Made by a program: the position numbers and the translations under genes
Source of the DNA: Eutreptiella sp. 'Long Island Sound 2002'
Taxonomy: Eukaryota; Protista; Euglenida
Assembly: GCA_964036045.1 (NCBI GenBank)
Contig: OZ038379.1
Location: 4,464,001-4,528,000 of the forward strand
Length of the DNA stretch: 64,000 nt
Direction of reading: 5' to 3'
Notes under the pieces: model-generated
Database searches by the model: none
What the model was told of the DNA's origin: nothing
The model's input: only the letters and a program-made list of their open reading frames with translations
Shown: positions 38,067 to 50,100 of the stretch, one piece after another
How positions within the stretch are numbered: the stretch's first letter is position 1
Layout: each line of letters begins with the position of its first letter

Positions 38067-40241
38067 ATGAAACGGCGCACCAGCAGCAGCGTGCTGCAGA
38101 CGACGGCGCAGCAGCCGCACCCCAAGGGCTCCACGGTCCTGCCAACCGCAGAGGCCGTGGCGTGGGTGCAGTGCGCGGACAGTCGCGCCAGCGCCATCGT
38201 GTGCGCGCAATGCGCGTGCTTCGTGGGCGGCACGCCGGCGCAGGTCGCCCTCGTGTCCGGGGCCGCGGCCGTGGCGGCGGAGGCCCTCGGTGGCGATGGC
38301 GGGGACTGGCGCGCGTGCCCACTGGGCTGCGGCGAAGTGTTCTGCAGCCAGGCCTGCTGCGACCAGGGCCTGCGCGGCGCGCACGGGCCCCTCTGCGTCG
38401 GGCCCCACACGGAGGAGCACCCGCTGTACCTCTTCCGCATCGCCGCCTTCGCGAGCGGGGCCTACGACGAGTGGCTGCTGGCGGCGAGGGTGGCCGTGCT
38501 GGTGGCGCAGGGGCAGTGCTGCGCGGTGTGGGAGGACGTGCCGCCGCTGTGGGACTTGGTGCCCCCGGATCTGGACCCGGAGGCCGCGGCCGCGTACCGC
38601 GCGGAGACCGAGCGGGTGGCGCGGGAGGCGTGGGCGTTGCTGGAGGCTGGACTGGGGCCGGGGTTCTGGGAGGACGCCGAGGAGCCGTGGGGCGCGGAGG
38701 ACTGGGGGCGGGTGCTGACGTACGTGCTGCGCGCGCGGGAGGCGGTGGAGCGCCGGACGCCCGCGGAGGTGCGGTGCGCGGGGGCGTACCTGTTGGGCGG
38801 TGCCGCGGCGCTGGGGGAGGCGGAGGAGGCAGAGGCCCTGCTGCGGTGCGCGCGGGTGCGTGACGAGGGGGAGGGGGAGGGGGAGGAGGAGGAGGAGGAG
38901 GAGGGGGAGGGGGCGGGGGAGGGGGAAGGGGGGGAAGACGACGGAAAAAGGGGGAAGGGTAGCACCGGCGGTGGAGGCAGCAGCAGCAGCAGCAGTTCGC
39001 GCGGCGCGGCCGGCGGTGACAGTGCGTGCGACCCGGCCCCCGACATCGGCCGCTGGACCTCCGAGCTCCCGGACGACGTAGCCCTCGCAAAGCTGTTCGC
39101 GACCCCCACGACGTACTTCCCCCGCTTCCGCGCCCTCGCGCTGTATCCCCCCGCCCTCGCGCAGCTGCCGCACAGCTGCGTGGCCTCGTGCGACATCACC
39201 GTGGCAGAGGAGGGCTGCAACCCGGGCCTCCGCGCCTCCCTCTTTGCCGCCCAGGCCCTGGCCCACGGCGACCCCCTCACCGTCTGCCGTGTGGACGTCT
39301 CCGCACCGTACGACGAGCGCCAGGACGAGCTCGCCATGCGCGGCCTGCCCCGCTGCGCATGCGACCGCTGCCGCTTCGAAGGCGGGGACGCGGCGGCGGT
39401 GGACGCGGCGGCGCTGCGGGCGCTCGCGGGCGCCGCGCAGCGCGGCGAGCGGCACGACGACGCCCTCGCGGCGCTGGAGGAGCTGCTGCGCCGCGACCCG
39501 GCGGACGGCGACGCGCTGTACGACCGCGCGCGCGTTTTGGGGTGGGCCGACCGCTGGTCGGAGGCGCATCGGCAGCTGGTGGCCGCCGGGAGGATCGTCC
39601 CTGACCACGCGGAAGTCGCGGCAAAGCTCCGCGAGGCGCGGGCCTACTTCTCCGGCCCCGGGGCCGGCCCCGGCGGCGCGGCGTGCGTTCCATCGGCGGT
39701 GCCGGGCCTCGGGGGCCGCGCGGTGGCCGCGGAGGGGCTGCTCGACCCGGCGGCGTGCGCCCGCCTCATCGCGGAGGTGGAGGAGGCCATGGCCGCGCAC
39801 GGGGGCTGGACGACCGCGCGGCACTACGCCGTGCCGACGACGGACGTGCCGGTGCACCGCGTGCCGGGGGCGCTGCGCTGGTTCAACGCCGTCCTGGAGC
39901 GCCACGCGTTCCCCCTGATCGCGCGGCAGTTCGCGGTGGCCGCCGCCGCGCTGCGCGTCATCGACGCGTTCGTGGTCAAGTACATGGCGTCCGGCGGCCA
40001 GCGCTCGCTGCCGCTGCACTGCGACCAGTCGCAGTTCTCGCTCACCATCGCACTGAACAGCACCGCGGAGTACGAGGGCGGGGGCACGTACTTTGCGGAC
40101 ATCGGGCGCGCCATCAACTGCGACGCCGGGGGGATCATCAGCTTCGACGGCAGCCTGTTGCATGGCGGCCACCCCTTGAGCTCCGGCACGCGATACATCG
40201 TCGTGGCCTTCATTTACGCCTACGACGGCCTGGACGAGTGA
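38067..40241 (+). CDS. 724-aa fusion: split MYND/degenerate SET (SMYD-like), post-SET, TPR-like region and 2OG-Fe(II) dioxygenase (lysyl-hydroxylase-like)
   Basis: CAQC (38202) and CPLGC-x-x-x-FCSQAC...HGPLC (38316-38396). LYPPALAQLPHSC (PHSC at 39168) and GDPLTVCR. CACDRC (39354). TPR-like helices ~39450-39630. FVVKY...QRSLPLHCD (His 40017, Asp 40023), LNSTAEYEGGGTYF, LLHGG (His 40161), TRY (Arg 40191). Very high GC3, intronless. Confidence 0.9.
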   Translation: MKRRTSSSVLQTTAQQPHPKGSTVLPTAEAVAWVQCADSRASAIVCAQCACFVGGTPAQVALVSGAAAVAAEALGGDGGDWRACPLGCGEVFCSQACCDQGLRGAHGPLCVGPHTEEHPLYLFRIAAFASGAYDEWLLAARVAVLVAQGQCCAVWEDVPPLWDLVPPDLDPEAAAAYRAETERVAREAWALLEAGLGPGFWEDAEEPWGAEDWGRVLTYVLRAREAVERRTPAEVRCAGAYLLGGAAALGEAEEAEALLRCARVRDEGEGEGEEEEEEEGEGAGEGEGGEDDGKRGKGSTGGGGSSSSSSSRGAAGGDSACDPAPDIGRWTSELPDDVALAKLFATPTTYFPRFRALALYPPALAQLPHSCVASCDITVAEEGCNPGLRASLFAAQALAHGDPLTVCRVDVSAPYDERQDELAMRGLPRCACDRCRFEGGDAAAVDAAALRALAGAAQRGERHDDALAALEELLRRDPADGDALYDRARVLGWADRWSEAHRQLVAAGRIVPDHAEVAAKLREARAYFSGPGAGPGGAACVPSAVPGLGGRAVAAEGLLDPAACARLIAEVEEAMAAHGGWTTARHYAVPTTDVPVHRVPGALRWFNAVLERHAFPLIARQFAVAAAALRVIDAFVVKYMASGGQRSLPLHCDQSQFSLTIALNSTAEYEGGGTYFADIGRAINCDAGGIISFDGSLLHGGHPLSSGTRYIVVAFIYAYDGLDE

Positions 40242-40544
40242 TGCCTTCGGGCAGCGCCGCCCCCTCTTGCGACGCGTGGTCGTCGGTTGATTTTGCATTT
40301 GTTGTGGGGGGTGGTCCGTGGATGGGCATAAGAACGGGTCCAATTCTTTGGTGGTTTTTTTTGCATACAACAAAGAGAGACGCCTTGTATGCCCAAAATG
40401 CGCAAATATTTATGGGGAGTTCAAATATGCATAAAAAACATGGAAAAAAAATTCACTCCCCTCCCTACCCTCACCCGGCCGGGTTCCTCATGTGTCACTC
40501 GTCACTCGTCACTCGAGGGGGACGGCCCGGACAGCGCGTGGAGG

Positions 40545-40900
40545 AGCAGGGCACCTGGGCCGCACAGAAACACAGCGAGGCAGGCTATGGACGGCCTGTG
40601 GACAGAGGCGCGTGGACAGCAAAAGCAGTCAAACGACCCCGGCAACAACCAGCACATCCTCAATACGCCAACTACTGGGCGCCGCTGACGCGCCAACGGC
40701 ACATCCCGCCACATTCAGCACAGCCCCAACACACCAACCACTGGGCTCCGCGAACGCGGAAACGACACCAGCAAGAGCACCGGCCGCAGCGGCCGACAGA
40801 AAGCAGCGACCCGACGCAACATGCGAAGGGAAGAACGGGTGACCGTCCAGGGCCCCGTAAAGGAGCAACAACCAGACGGAATGTCACACAGGGGGGGGGG
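40545..40900 (+). mobile_element. Interspersed repeat ending in gtcacacag + poly-G
   Basis: Its 3' part gaccgtccagggccccgtaaaggagcaac...gaatgtcacacaggggg has diverged relatives ending at 60205 and 60909. It resembles, from memory only, a high-copy euglenid repeat. Confidence 0.55.
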
Positions 40901-41607
40901 CTGCCATGTCCTACACTGGTGTGTTCAGAACGGAGGGGAAGCTTTTGGCGACGGCCTCGACGATAATTCGACGGCAGGGGGTTGGAGCCGACGCCGTCCG
41001 CTGGCGTGCGGGGTGCTATCTGCGTCTGAGGGATTTGAGGATTGGCAGGAGCGGGGCCGTCCTGACCATCACACCTGCCATGCCCCCTTCCCTTGAGCCC
41101 CCAAAACACACCCTGACCCGGAGATAGTGACTGCCTCTTCAACTCTCAGCGTCCCACCCGACTGCTCCACCACCATCACCCCCTCCCCCTGTGGACAGCC
41201 CCCCCCCCCCGTTGCACCAGCGTCGGATGGGTCTGGACAGGTGGCCGCCTCCACCATCAGGAATCGCTTCGGTGGATGCCCCTCCCGGGGAAGGTGCGAT
41301 CCGGATGGGGCAGCAGTACCACTGCCATCACATTTGGAGCTGCGGTGAGTGTGATGACCTCTGGCAATTCTCACTAGCCTCGAGTCCTACCAAGCAGATC
41401 CTGTCCAGGCTGTGCTCTGGTGGCTTGGCCCTGACCGCGTAGTGTGGCATCGTGTCTCGGACTGTGCACCACTGCCCACATGACGCCAACAGGACAGCTG
41501 CGGCTGTTGTAGTAGCAAGACTGCACCTGCTTGGGATCGAGCGCGGATGCTCCGCTGACTGCATTGTGTAGGGCCCCCAGTGCCCCCAGTCAGGACCACG
41601 AGTTGAC

Positions 41608-41610
<3 letters not shown>

Positions 41611-41702
<92 letters not shown>
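41611..41702 (+). repeat. (TG)46 microsatellite
   Basis: Perfect dinucleotide run. Confidence 0.98.
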
Positions 41703-41706
<4 letters not shown>

Positions 41707-41869
41707 TGACCGGGAATGGGGTACCCAAGCCCCGGTGTGTGAAGGGGGCTTCACCACGCTTGCCTCTGGCAAGGTCAAGGATGGCCCTGGGCCCCGGGTC
41801 TAATGCGGGGCAGCCTAAGCCCCATTGCATGGTCAGTTCCCAGCCCAGGGCTGTGGTAACGCATTTGTG

Positions 41870-43480
41870 CAGCATACGCCCCACACAGCCCCCCCTACTG
41901 TATATACAGGAGGGGTCTCACATGCGGGTAATGCCCCCTCCAAGCACTGGGGGCCCATGGAACCATATGGTGTCCGGTTGAAAAGTGTGGATGGGATGGC
42001 TCAGCGACTGCTCTGCCAATTGCTGTTGCATACATGCCAAATGCCACTGGTGAGTCATGAACTGCCAGCCACTCACCATTATTTATCATCCACCGTCCAC
42101 TGAATGCTACTCGCCGTAATGGATCGCTTCTGCTGGACATCCCCTTTGCAAATCCGCTTCTGCTGCCCACCACTTGCTGTGACTATGTTGGACTGGGTGG
42201 GAATGTCAGACACAGGAACTTGTGTTGTTGGAGTTCCAGCATGCCAGGCCTGTTGCACAGCAATGCAAGTAGTCGGTGGCAGTGGCCCGAGCCTCACAAC
42301 TGAGCAAATGGACGACAAAAAGAAAATCTGTGAATCCTGACTCCGCCTCAACTGTGTATGCCTCTGTGCAGGTGGTTGCCATGCTGTGTTGCTTGCCATC
42401 TCAGCTTCAACAACAACACAATGTCTCACAAGCCAGACATTTCTGAGATCACACACAGTGATAGTGACCATCTATGGGCCTCCAAGTAACAAAGAGACTG
42501 GGCTTGGCCACACCTTTTGTTTTGGCCACAGAGCCTGAGCTTGGCTTTCTCATTTTAAAAATCTTTGGCCATTGTATCTATTATTTTTGTCTTTGGTTTT
42601 TGTTTTGTGAGAGAGGACTTGATGAGTCGGCGTACCATAAGAGGAGGGGGCCGTTGTTGCCGGTGAGTTTGGCGGTGTAAAGCTGGTGGAAGCTAAAGGA
42701 CCTTCAGCAAGGTCATTCGTACCCAGTGGAGCCCCACATCCTGGCCAACGCCAACATACGAACGAAAGACGTCACTCTCAGCTTCAGCAAGGACAAGGGT
42801 CCGTCCTAACCAGCTGACCTCGCCGCGAGATACTGATGTACATGTGGGAAGCCATTGGAAGCATTATCTCATACTGAGTTGAGGAGAACTGAGCCAGTAT
42901 GGTATGAGGGCAGGATCATGCCAGTTATTTGAAAACCTGATAGCTTGATAGCTTGCCCTCCCACACCTATACCATCAACTGTCCACAGTCAAACGGAGGG
43001 TTCCTCCACAAAGCATAAACAAGTGTGTACACCGGACTACTTTCACATTTATGGATCCCCCCCCCCCCCCCGACGAGTGTAGGGGGGGCTCTCACTGCGG
43101 GGTATGCCCCCTCCAAGGTGCTGGGGACCCATGGAATCAGATGGTGTTGGATTGCAAAGTATGGATGAGGATGGAGATGTTGTGCCACTGCTCTGCCAAT
43201 CGCTGTTGCATACATGCCAAATGCCATTGGTGAGTCATGAAATGCCAGTGGGGGGCCACTAACCACTGTCTACTGTCCACTGGACGCTACTCGCTGTAAT
43301 GGGTCGGTTCTGCTGGACGCCCCCTTTGCAGAGCGCTCCCGTTGCCCACTACTTGCTGTGACTATGTTGGACTGTGTGGGAATAGATGTCATGTCAGACA
43401 TAAGGACTTGTGCTGTTGCAGATCCAGCACCCCAGGGCTTGTTGCGCAGCAATCCAAGTAGTTGGTGGCAGTGGCCAGAG
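41870..43480 (+). repeat. Two diverged copies of one element (~41870-42300 and ~42970-43480); related fragment at ~37060-37180
   Basis: Shared ctgctctgccaat(t/c)gctgttgcatacatgccaaatgcca(c/t)tggtgagtcatgaa, and ccatcaactgt(g/c)cacagtcaaa(t/c)ggaggg at 37067 and 42972. Confidence 0.6.
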
Positions 43481-44474
43481 CATAACGATTATGGAGCAAT
43501 ACAGCATGTTTTTAGGCCTTCTTTGTATTTTTCACCTCATTTGGCCATGGGGTGCGGGTCACCATGTTTGGACCAAGCCATGTTCGGACAAGGGGGGGTA
43601 GCAAATTTTTTTTATGAAAATCAGAATCAAAAATTTGACCAAAAGGTACAAAAAAAAGGTCTAAAACATGCCGACATTTGATCATTATGGGTGCTCGCAA
43701 CATGAAAAAAATTGGTTTGGGAATTCTGGAAATTCGAGCTGTTTGGGGTGAAAACCGCACGACCATGCTGTGCACCAATCCCTTGAGGCACGAAGCACTG
43801 TGGTGGGTGCCAGAGTGATTCTGGAGGGTGACGATGGTCATCGATTTGCTCTTGTGTTCTGGAGTGTATGCTGGTCTGTTGGACACCCTTTTGTGGTCAT
43901 AAACAATTCACTCCTTGCCGGACTGCCTGTCACATACCAACGGTACATGAACAATGAGTTTGTGCCTGCTTCAGTTTTGGGTCCCTCTACACAAGGTGAG
44001 CGGTGCATTCGCATTGTGTATGAGCGCAATGGTCATGTACAAGAGCATGATGCCCGCCCTGCATCGTGTCACCTTCCGCATATGATCGCCTTCATTCTCA
44101 GACGGGGAACCCTCACTGCCTGCTTCTCTTGAGTGCAGCCACAAAAGGCAAGTATAACCAGCTCTTCAAGATGAGGTGCAGGGTTGGCAAGGGGTTCTAT
44201 TCAGTGCCTGTCAATCAGAATGCACTCAACTGAGTGGTACCTAACCCGCGTTGTGCACATGAAGCGAAATGCTTTGTATTGTCATGTTTTGAGGGGCAGG
44301 GTTGGGTTGTGTCTGCAACATGTGTTCCGTGGGGTGTGCTGCGCGGTAACACGGGCTTGTCCAAACACCGCAACCACATGTTTCCGCACTTTTGCCCCCT
44401 GAACCAGTACCTGATCAGTGTTAGGACAAGGGGCGGGGGGTAGATTGTAAAACTGCCTGTGCTGCGCACCGTCT

Positions 44475-44488
44475 GTTGTTTGTCGCAG
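44475..44488 (+). promoter_or_regulatory. Putative (trans-)splice acceptor
   Basis: tgttgtttgtcgcAG, 20 nt upstream of ATG 44509. Confidence 0.5.
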
Positions 44489-44508
44489 TGCTCTGCACCT
44501 GTTCCATC

Positions 44509-44943
44509 ATGGCCCAAGTTGATGACACACGTCTTGCAGCAGACGGTTACAAAGAGGTCCGGAGGAGCTGCCCGACATGTTCTTACTCATGGCTGGACAA
44601 GTACCGCAAGAACGAGTGTCCAAAGTGTTTGCATCCGCTTGCTGCTCCACCCAATGCTGGTCCCAAGAAGCCGGAGTGGGTGTCTGGACCGGACCGGACG
44701 AGCGACAAACGGCAGCCAGGCGAAGTCAGCACGTACAAGTACAAGGCAGGCGATGCGCTGGAGTCCTCCTCAGGCACCTGCTCCAAGGGTGGGGCACATA
44801 CTTGGAAATTCGGCAAATGCAGCAAGTGCGGCCTTGGAGAAGGCTACGGCAAAGTCAAGCGTGTGTCTGCTGAGTGCGCCGGGGGAGGCAAACATATCTT
44901 CAAGTTCAGTAAGTGTACAAAGTGCGGCAAGTCGGAGTTTTAA
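44509..44943 (+). CDS. 144-aa Cys/His-rich zinc-ribbon repeat protein
   Basis: CPTC...CPKC, then two repeats [18 protein letters not shown] and [18 protein letters not shown]. Codon use is clearly coding-like (aag, tgc, ggc). TAA stop. Confidence 0.8.
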   Translation: MAQVDDTRLAADGYKEVRRSCPTCSYSWLDKYRKNECPKCLHPLAAPPNAGPKKPEWVSGPDRTSDKRQPGEVSTYKYKAGDALESSSGTCSKGGAHTWKFGKCSKCGLGEGYGKVKRVSAECAGGGKHIFKFSKCTKCGKSEF

Positions 44944-46907
44944 GCTGCTGTCCCTAGCCCAAGGTAATGCTGCAGCTGCAGGCGTTCCCCAGGCCCCAAA
45001 TACAGCCCCATGCACCTCCAATCCCCCACCCCCTGATTTCCCGACAAAGTGCAATGGGCGCCTCCCGACAATACAAACACGTCTGCAGGGGTGGCACGGC
45101 CAAGACTGCCTGTAATTATTCGGTGCGTGACGCAAAGCATTGTCTTTTTTAGGTTAGCCAAATGGTAACGGCTTCAGCCTCAAGGGGCTGCCCTGCTGGA
45201 CATGAATGATAGTCTGTCACCCCACGGCTCATGGGTCAGGGACGTGCCTTTCGCACACGTGCACACATGAGCGTGACTAATTTCCCAAAATTGTGGAAGG
45301 GTCGCCCTCGAGGTCCTGGTCCGGGACGCCCCTCAGCCGTCCCATTTTTGTCCAGTTTTCTTCACTTTTGGGCAAGTATTCCTTATATCATGGCAGCCCT
45401 CTTGGTGGTACCACCCAGCAGATCCAGGTGCCGAAGGTAGGCCAAAAGCCCTGGTTTGTGTGCGCTTGCTGCCTCATGACCCTCTCTCTGGCCAGAGGCC
45501 GCCTGAGGGTCGGCAGGTGTCACCTTCAGATGGCAGTTTTCCACACAACCCATGCTGGGCGAAGTCTGTCCTGGTGGGGCCCAATGAGGGGGCCGATCAT
45601 GGGAATTAGGAGATACCAGCTTGGGACCTGCCATAAGTCAGGGGAGACGACCCACGCAGCGTGTCTACCATGCTGCAGGCGCAGCGGTCGTGTGCTGGGG
45701 CGGTAGGACTCTCTCTCCCAAGAATCAATGTGCACTCGCCCTTCCTGCTGGAAGGGGGTTGTGTGGTGTGTGGTGTGTGCTCACCGCAAGGATGGGGATT
45801 GTATTATACCGTAGGCAGATTGGTGACCACAGATTCCATTGGAACTGATGCTGTTCACTTCTGTCACCGTCGACCGCAACCCTTCTACGGCCCACAGCCC
45901 ATGGTTCATGCACACTGCGATTTTTCACCTAGGGTATGCTTTGTGCCCAGCCCTGTCCCTGTGGACACAGAACACATGGCGGCAAAGCTATAGTCTGGGA
46001 GCCCCTTCCGCTTGTTTGGATTGCGCTATGGGCACACAGCTGTCTTGCTGGACCTGGGGCTTTGCAGCCCCCCTCCAGCACCTGGCCCACCCGTCGTGCA
46101 ATAATGAATCAAGAAGCAAGAGACCTGCCACCCAATAATGTAGATCAGGAGGTATATATCATCGTGGGTATGTCCATCCATGTACTCAAACAGCAGGGAG
46201 GTGCGGGGTCAGAGGTGGTAAGCAGGCGCCAGCCCCCGGCTGTTCAGCCTTCAACACGTCTGGCCTGCCCTGATGCACCCTGACATCTCTGTACAGCGAC
46301 GTCACTGCTGTGTGTACATACATCCCCAGATTCCTTCCTTACATTCTCGTCATCCACAACTTTCATGTTTTGCTGCTTTGCAATGGCTAGTCGTTCTCCT
46401 CAACAGGCATGTTGGGCTCTGTGGTGTTGCAATGAACTTGAGAAGTTTGTTTGGTGTTACCCTCCCATTATCAACCCATCCTCACTTCAATTTTTCATTG
46501 CGCATTCAACTTTATTTTTGGGGATTAATCAAGATTTGCTGGCAAATAGCCCGCCAAAACCACATGAGCCTTCTGAGATCACATGCAAGGCAGCAAGTAA
46601 GCACGCCATATGCAATCCATCTGCAGCAAGATAAAACCACTGCCATAGCGAGATGAATGGTTGTTCGAACAATGTCCCAAGCGTCATGGCATATACAAAG
46701 GAGTGGCGGTCAATCGGTGGTAGTTCTACTTTGGTTGATTGTGTGTTTTCAAGAACAAGGCTTTTTCCTTCTTATTACTATAACGTCCAGGGCCAAATGA
46801 TCCCTTCTGATTGATGTCCCTGGTAATATACTTTATGCCATTTGCCTATATGAGTCAAGAAATGCAAATCAAAGAGGTCTCTGAATCGTGATGTGGCAGG
46901 GGTCATG

Positions 46908-47003
46908 AGCACGGACGTCAGCGACACAGTTGGGCGGGGTACACTCGAGTGTCAGTGGAAGTTTAGTACGGATGTTAGTGATACCAGGAGGAAGCGGCCA
47001 AGG
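46908..47003 (+). mobile_element. 3' remnant of the LINE family (STDVSDT tail motif twice)
   Basis: Translates STDVSDT...FSTDVSDTRRKRPR, matching the tails at 52472 and 53779. Confidence 0.55.
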
Positions 47004-47149
47004 GCAGGGGTGAAGGGAGCCTGGTTTCGACCCTAAACCCGACTCGTGGGGGCGTCAGAGGTGCCCTTGGGACATCGTGGACAACTTGTGACGGCGCCTA
47101 ACGGCGCCTTGCCGGACACATGAAACAATTGATGCCGCGGCTCCGCCAT

Positions 47150-50100
47150 GTTGATACATGTTGTACTGTTGAGAGTTCTGCAGGATGATGACCATCGTCT
47201 TTCTATGGCAAAGAGCCTCCTGTGGCAATGGCCATCGTCGGAATTATGGGCCTGAGATGGCCTTTTGTGGCGGCCTCACCATGTGGATGATACCGGAGGT
47301 GTTCCAGAGGGTGGCAACCATCGTCAGAGTATGGCACCCTTGTCCAAAGTACAGTACTTGTCCGGATCATTTGATTTGAAACCAAAACTCCAATGCGGTA
47401 CCAAATGTATTGATGCACCACACAGCCAAGGGATTGGGTTCAAACTGGGACGTAATTTCAAGTTGGTACTAAATGTACCAAATGCGGTGATGCACTGACG
47501 ATCGGTTTGGGTTACTTGTGCACTGCAACAGAAGTAGCTGTTGTTGCTGTTGTACCAGATCTTTCAAGCTTTCCAACCTTTGAGATGGGTTGTATGGGAA
47601 GTATTTTGCACGATGACAAAAAGTGGCTCCCCTCATTTCACCCAGCTTCATCCAATTTCCAAAATCTGGCAGGGGCACTGGAGGAGGTAAGGACGTGAAT
47701 CCCAAAGCACGCGTCTTGGGCTGGAAAGGCAAGCAAAAGGCCTTAGCAAGCAAACAAGCACCAAATCCGGAACACTTTGCCTCTAAACACTTTCCATAAT
47801 CTTGTTGACAATTTGGGTGTTGCTGCAAGCCAATGATTTGGTTAGGGCCATGATGATGTGACAATTCAAGCATCATAGTAATGCTTGTGCAAAATGTGTT
47901 ACAGCGGGATCACTCAACAATGTGATGTGTTGGGAGGCCTAGTCCCCCCTCCCCCCAGAGCCTTATCACTGCAGTAGATTCCGTTTTCACAACCTTTGTG
48001 GGTAAATCCAACCATCAAGCCGTTGTGCTCTCCATGGGTCCCAAAACTTCACCAGTCACGGGCACACAACCACGATTCTATTGCCTCTTTCTTGAGCAAT
48101 GTGGAAGTGGTACAATCAATGAACCACAAGCTTGAAGAAATCCAGCATCCGGGTACTCAGTGGATGGACACGGCTCTGGGAATTATCCGCTCCGAAGCTT
48201 TGCGCTTTCACGCAACGGAACCCAAATAGCCGAAAGCAGGAGAGGCCCAAATCTTGTCGCTCTCACTCATGCAATATTGGAATCTCATGGATACACCCCA
48301 ACCTCGCCATCCTCAGCATACTCCATCCTAGTGCACCTGTACGAGCTAGTGGAAACAGACCGATCAGGCACACACATACTAGGTCGCCTCAAGGGGGCCC
48401 TGGCCACATCAGAGCTAAGCTCAAAAGACTCGAGAGGATGAAGGGAGGAAATTTTCAAGCTTATGCGTGAGCTCCAACCCAGAAAACACATGCAGAGACT
48501 CAAGACTAGCATGGGGTGATGCGGATGGAACCAAGAAAAATTGTCCAAGCTCTCGTCAATTCTTGGAATGAGGTCTTAGAGAAATATGGAAAATCCAAGG
48601 GGGAATGCGCACAATTTTTGCAAAAGCTGGGAATTTGTCCAACACTGGCACAATGTGGAGTTGCTTTGTTCAAAACCGCTGTCCCATGACATAGTCACGG
48701 AGGGTCTACGTAGACTGAAAACCGGGGGGTCACCGGGAGTTGATGGTATCCCGGCAGAAATCCTTAAGGCCTTTCCCGACGTTATGGTGCCGCAAATGTT
48801 CTCATGCATCAAGACCTTCCTCACTGCGGGAGCACTTCCTTCTGGCTGGATGGAGGGCATGATCACTATGGTGCCAAAATCATTCGGGGAGCCGTATGTG
48901 GTAAATTTGCGGCCGATTGCGCTCCAAACAACTAGACAAAAGTGGGAAACTAATGTGTTGCTGATCCAGTTGGAAGATGTTTTGGCACAGTGCATCCCGC
49001 CGGAACAGACAGGGTTCATCAAAAATAGGAGCATCCTACAACACATCTACTCTGCACGTTCACTTCGGGAGTCTTTTGAGGAGACGGGTGCGGGGGGGCT
49101 AAGCATAGATTTTCGAAATGCGTTCCCCACCATGTCACATGCCTGATGTGAGGCGACACTGGAAGCATTAAGAATCCCAGCACCGGTCATTGCAGTAATA
49201 ATGCACCTGCTACGGGCCCCCTACCTTCTCTCTATGGGTCAAGGGTATGTCTCTGACATACGACACCACCCTAGGCAGGACACAACAATGAGATCCACTA
49301 TCACCGGCACTATTTTCTTTGGTGTCGTCGATAGTAATATATCCCATAAAACAGGCCTGTCCGAGCGCAGTTGTGCTCATGTATGAGGACGACCTCATAG
49401 TTTTCTTCCCGGGTTCGGGAGAGGCATCCGGATTAGCAAACGGTGATGCGTATGGTACGGGAATTTGCAGAATACTCGGGACCGTGCATCAACTTACAGA
49501 AAACTACTCGTATTGTATCCAACATACAACCAGAGGCCTTGTGGTCAGCTATGCGGGGTGAGGGTATAGAGGTGAGACACTTCATCAAATCCCTAGGGAT
49601 CCGCCTAGGTAACGTGATCACTCAACAACAACGGGAGGAAGGATTCATGGGTCTCACAATAGACCAGGCCTTTTCCTTGGCTATTCAGGAGTCCTTCGGG
49701 AGAGCCCGCATTGCCGCAACACTGTCGCTGACCCTGATGGAAAGGGCGCTTTTTTTAAAAATCTGGATTTTGCCAGTCATGGCATGGACTGCCAAAGCAC
49801 ACTACCCAACCCCCTCGGTAACATGATAGGTGGCGCTTATATATAAGCTTGCACTCGGGGAATCTGACAGGGGTCTAACCTTCCCAATACTGTCCCAACC
49901 ACAGGATAGGGGGGGTATAGCCCCCCCCCCCCATCACCCCATGACGCCTGTGACACGGGGGCGTTCGGTAGCCAAGTATCCGTTGCTTCATGGCCCATCA
50001 CCCCATGACAGGGGCACGACCTGCAGGGCAAGGGTTAGAGACTAACCGGCACTGTGGGAGGGTGGTGGGTGCGAGCTGACCTCAGTGTCCAGAGGACTGA

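Noticed and set aside
38034-40373. 779-aa antisense ORF and many alternative-frame ORFs over the GC-rich gene
   Set aside because: Expected shadows of very high GC3; the translations are R/G/P/A-rich with no motifs, and all recognisable motifs are in the plus frame 38067-40241.
39683-40966. 427-aa ORF
   Set aside because: Out-of-frame read of the dioxygenase domain running into the 3' UTR and an interspersed repeat.
41387-41981. His-Thr and Val-Cys repeat ORFs
   Set aside because: Translations of the (TG)n microsatellite.
47031-47040. CCCTAAACCC telomere-like motif
   Set aside because: Single short occurrence, expected by chance.
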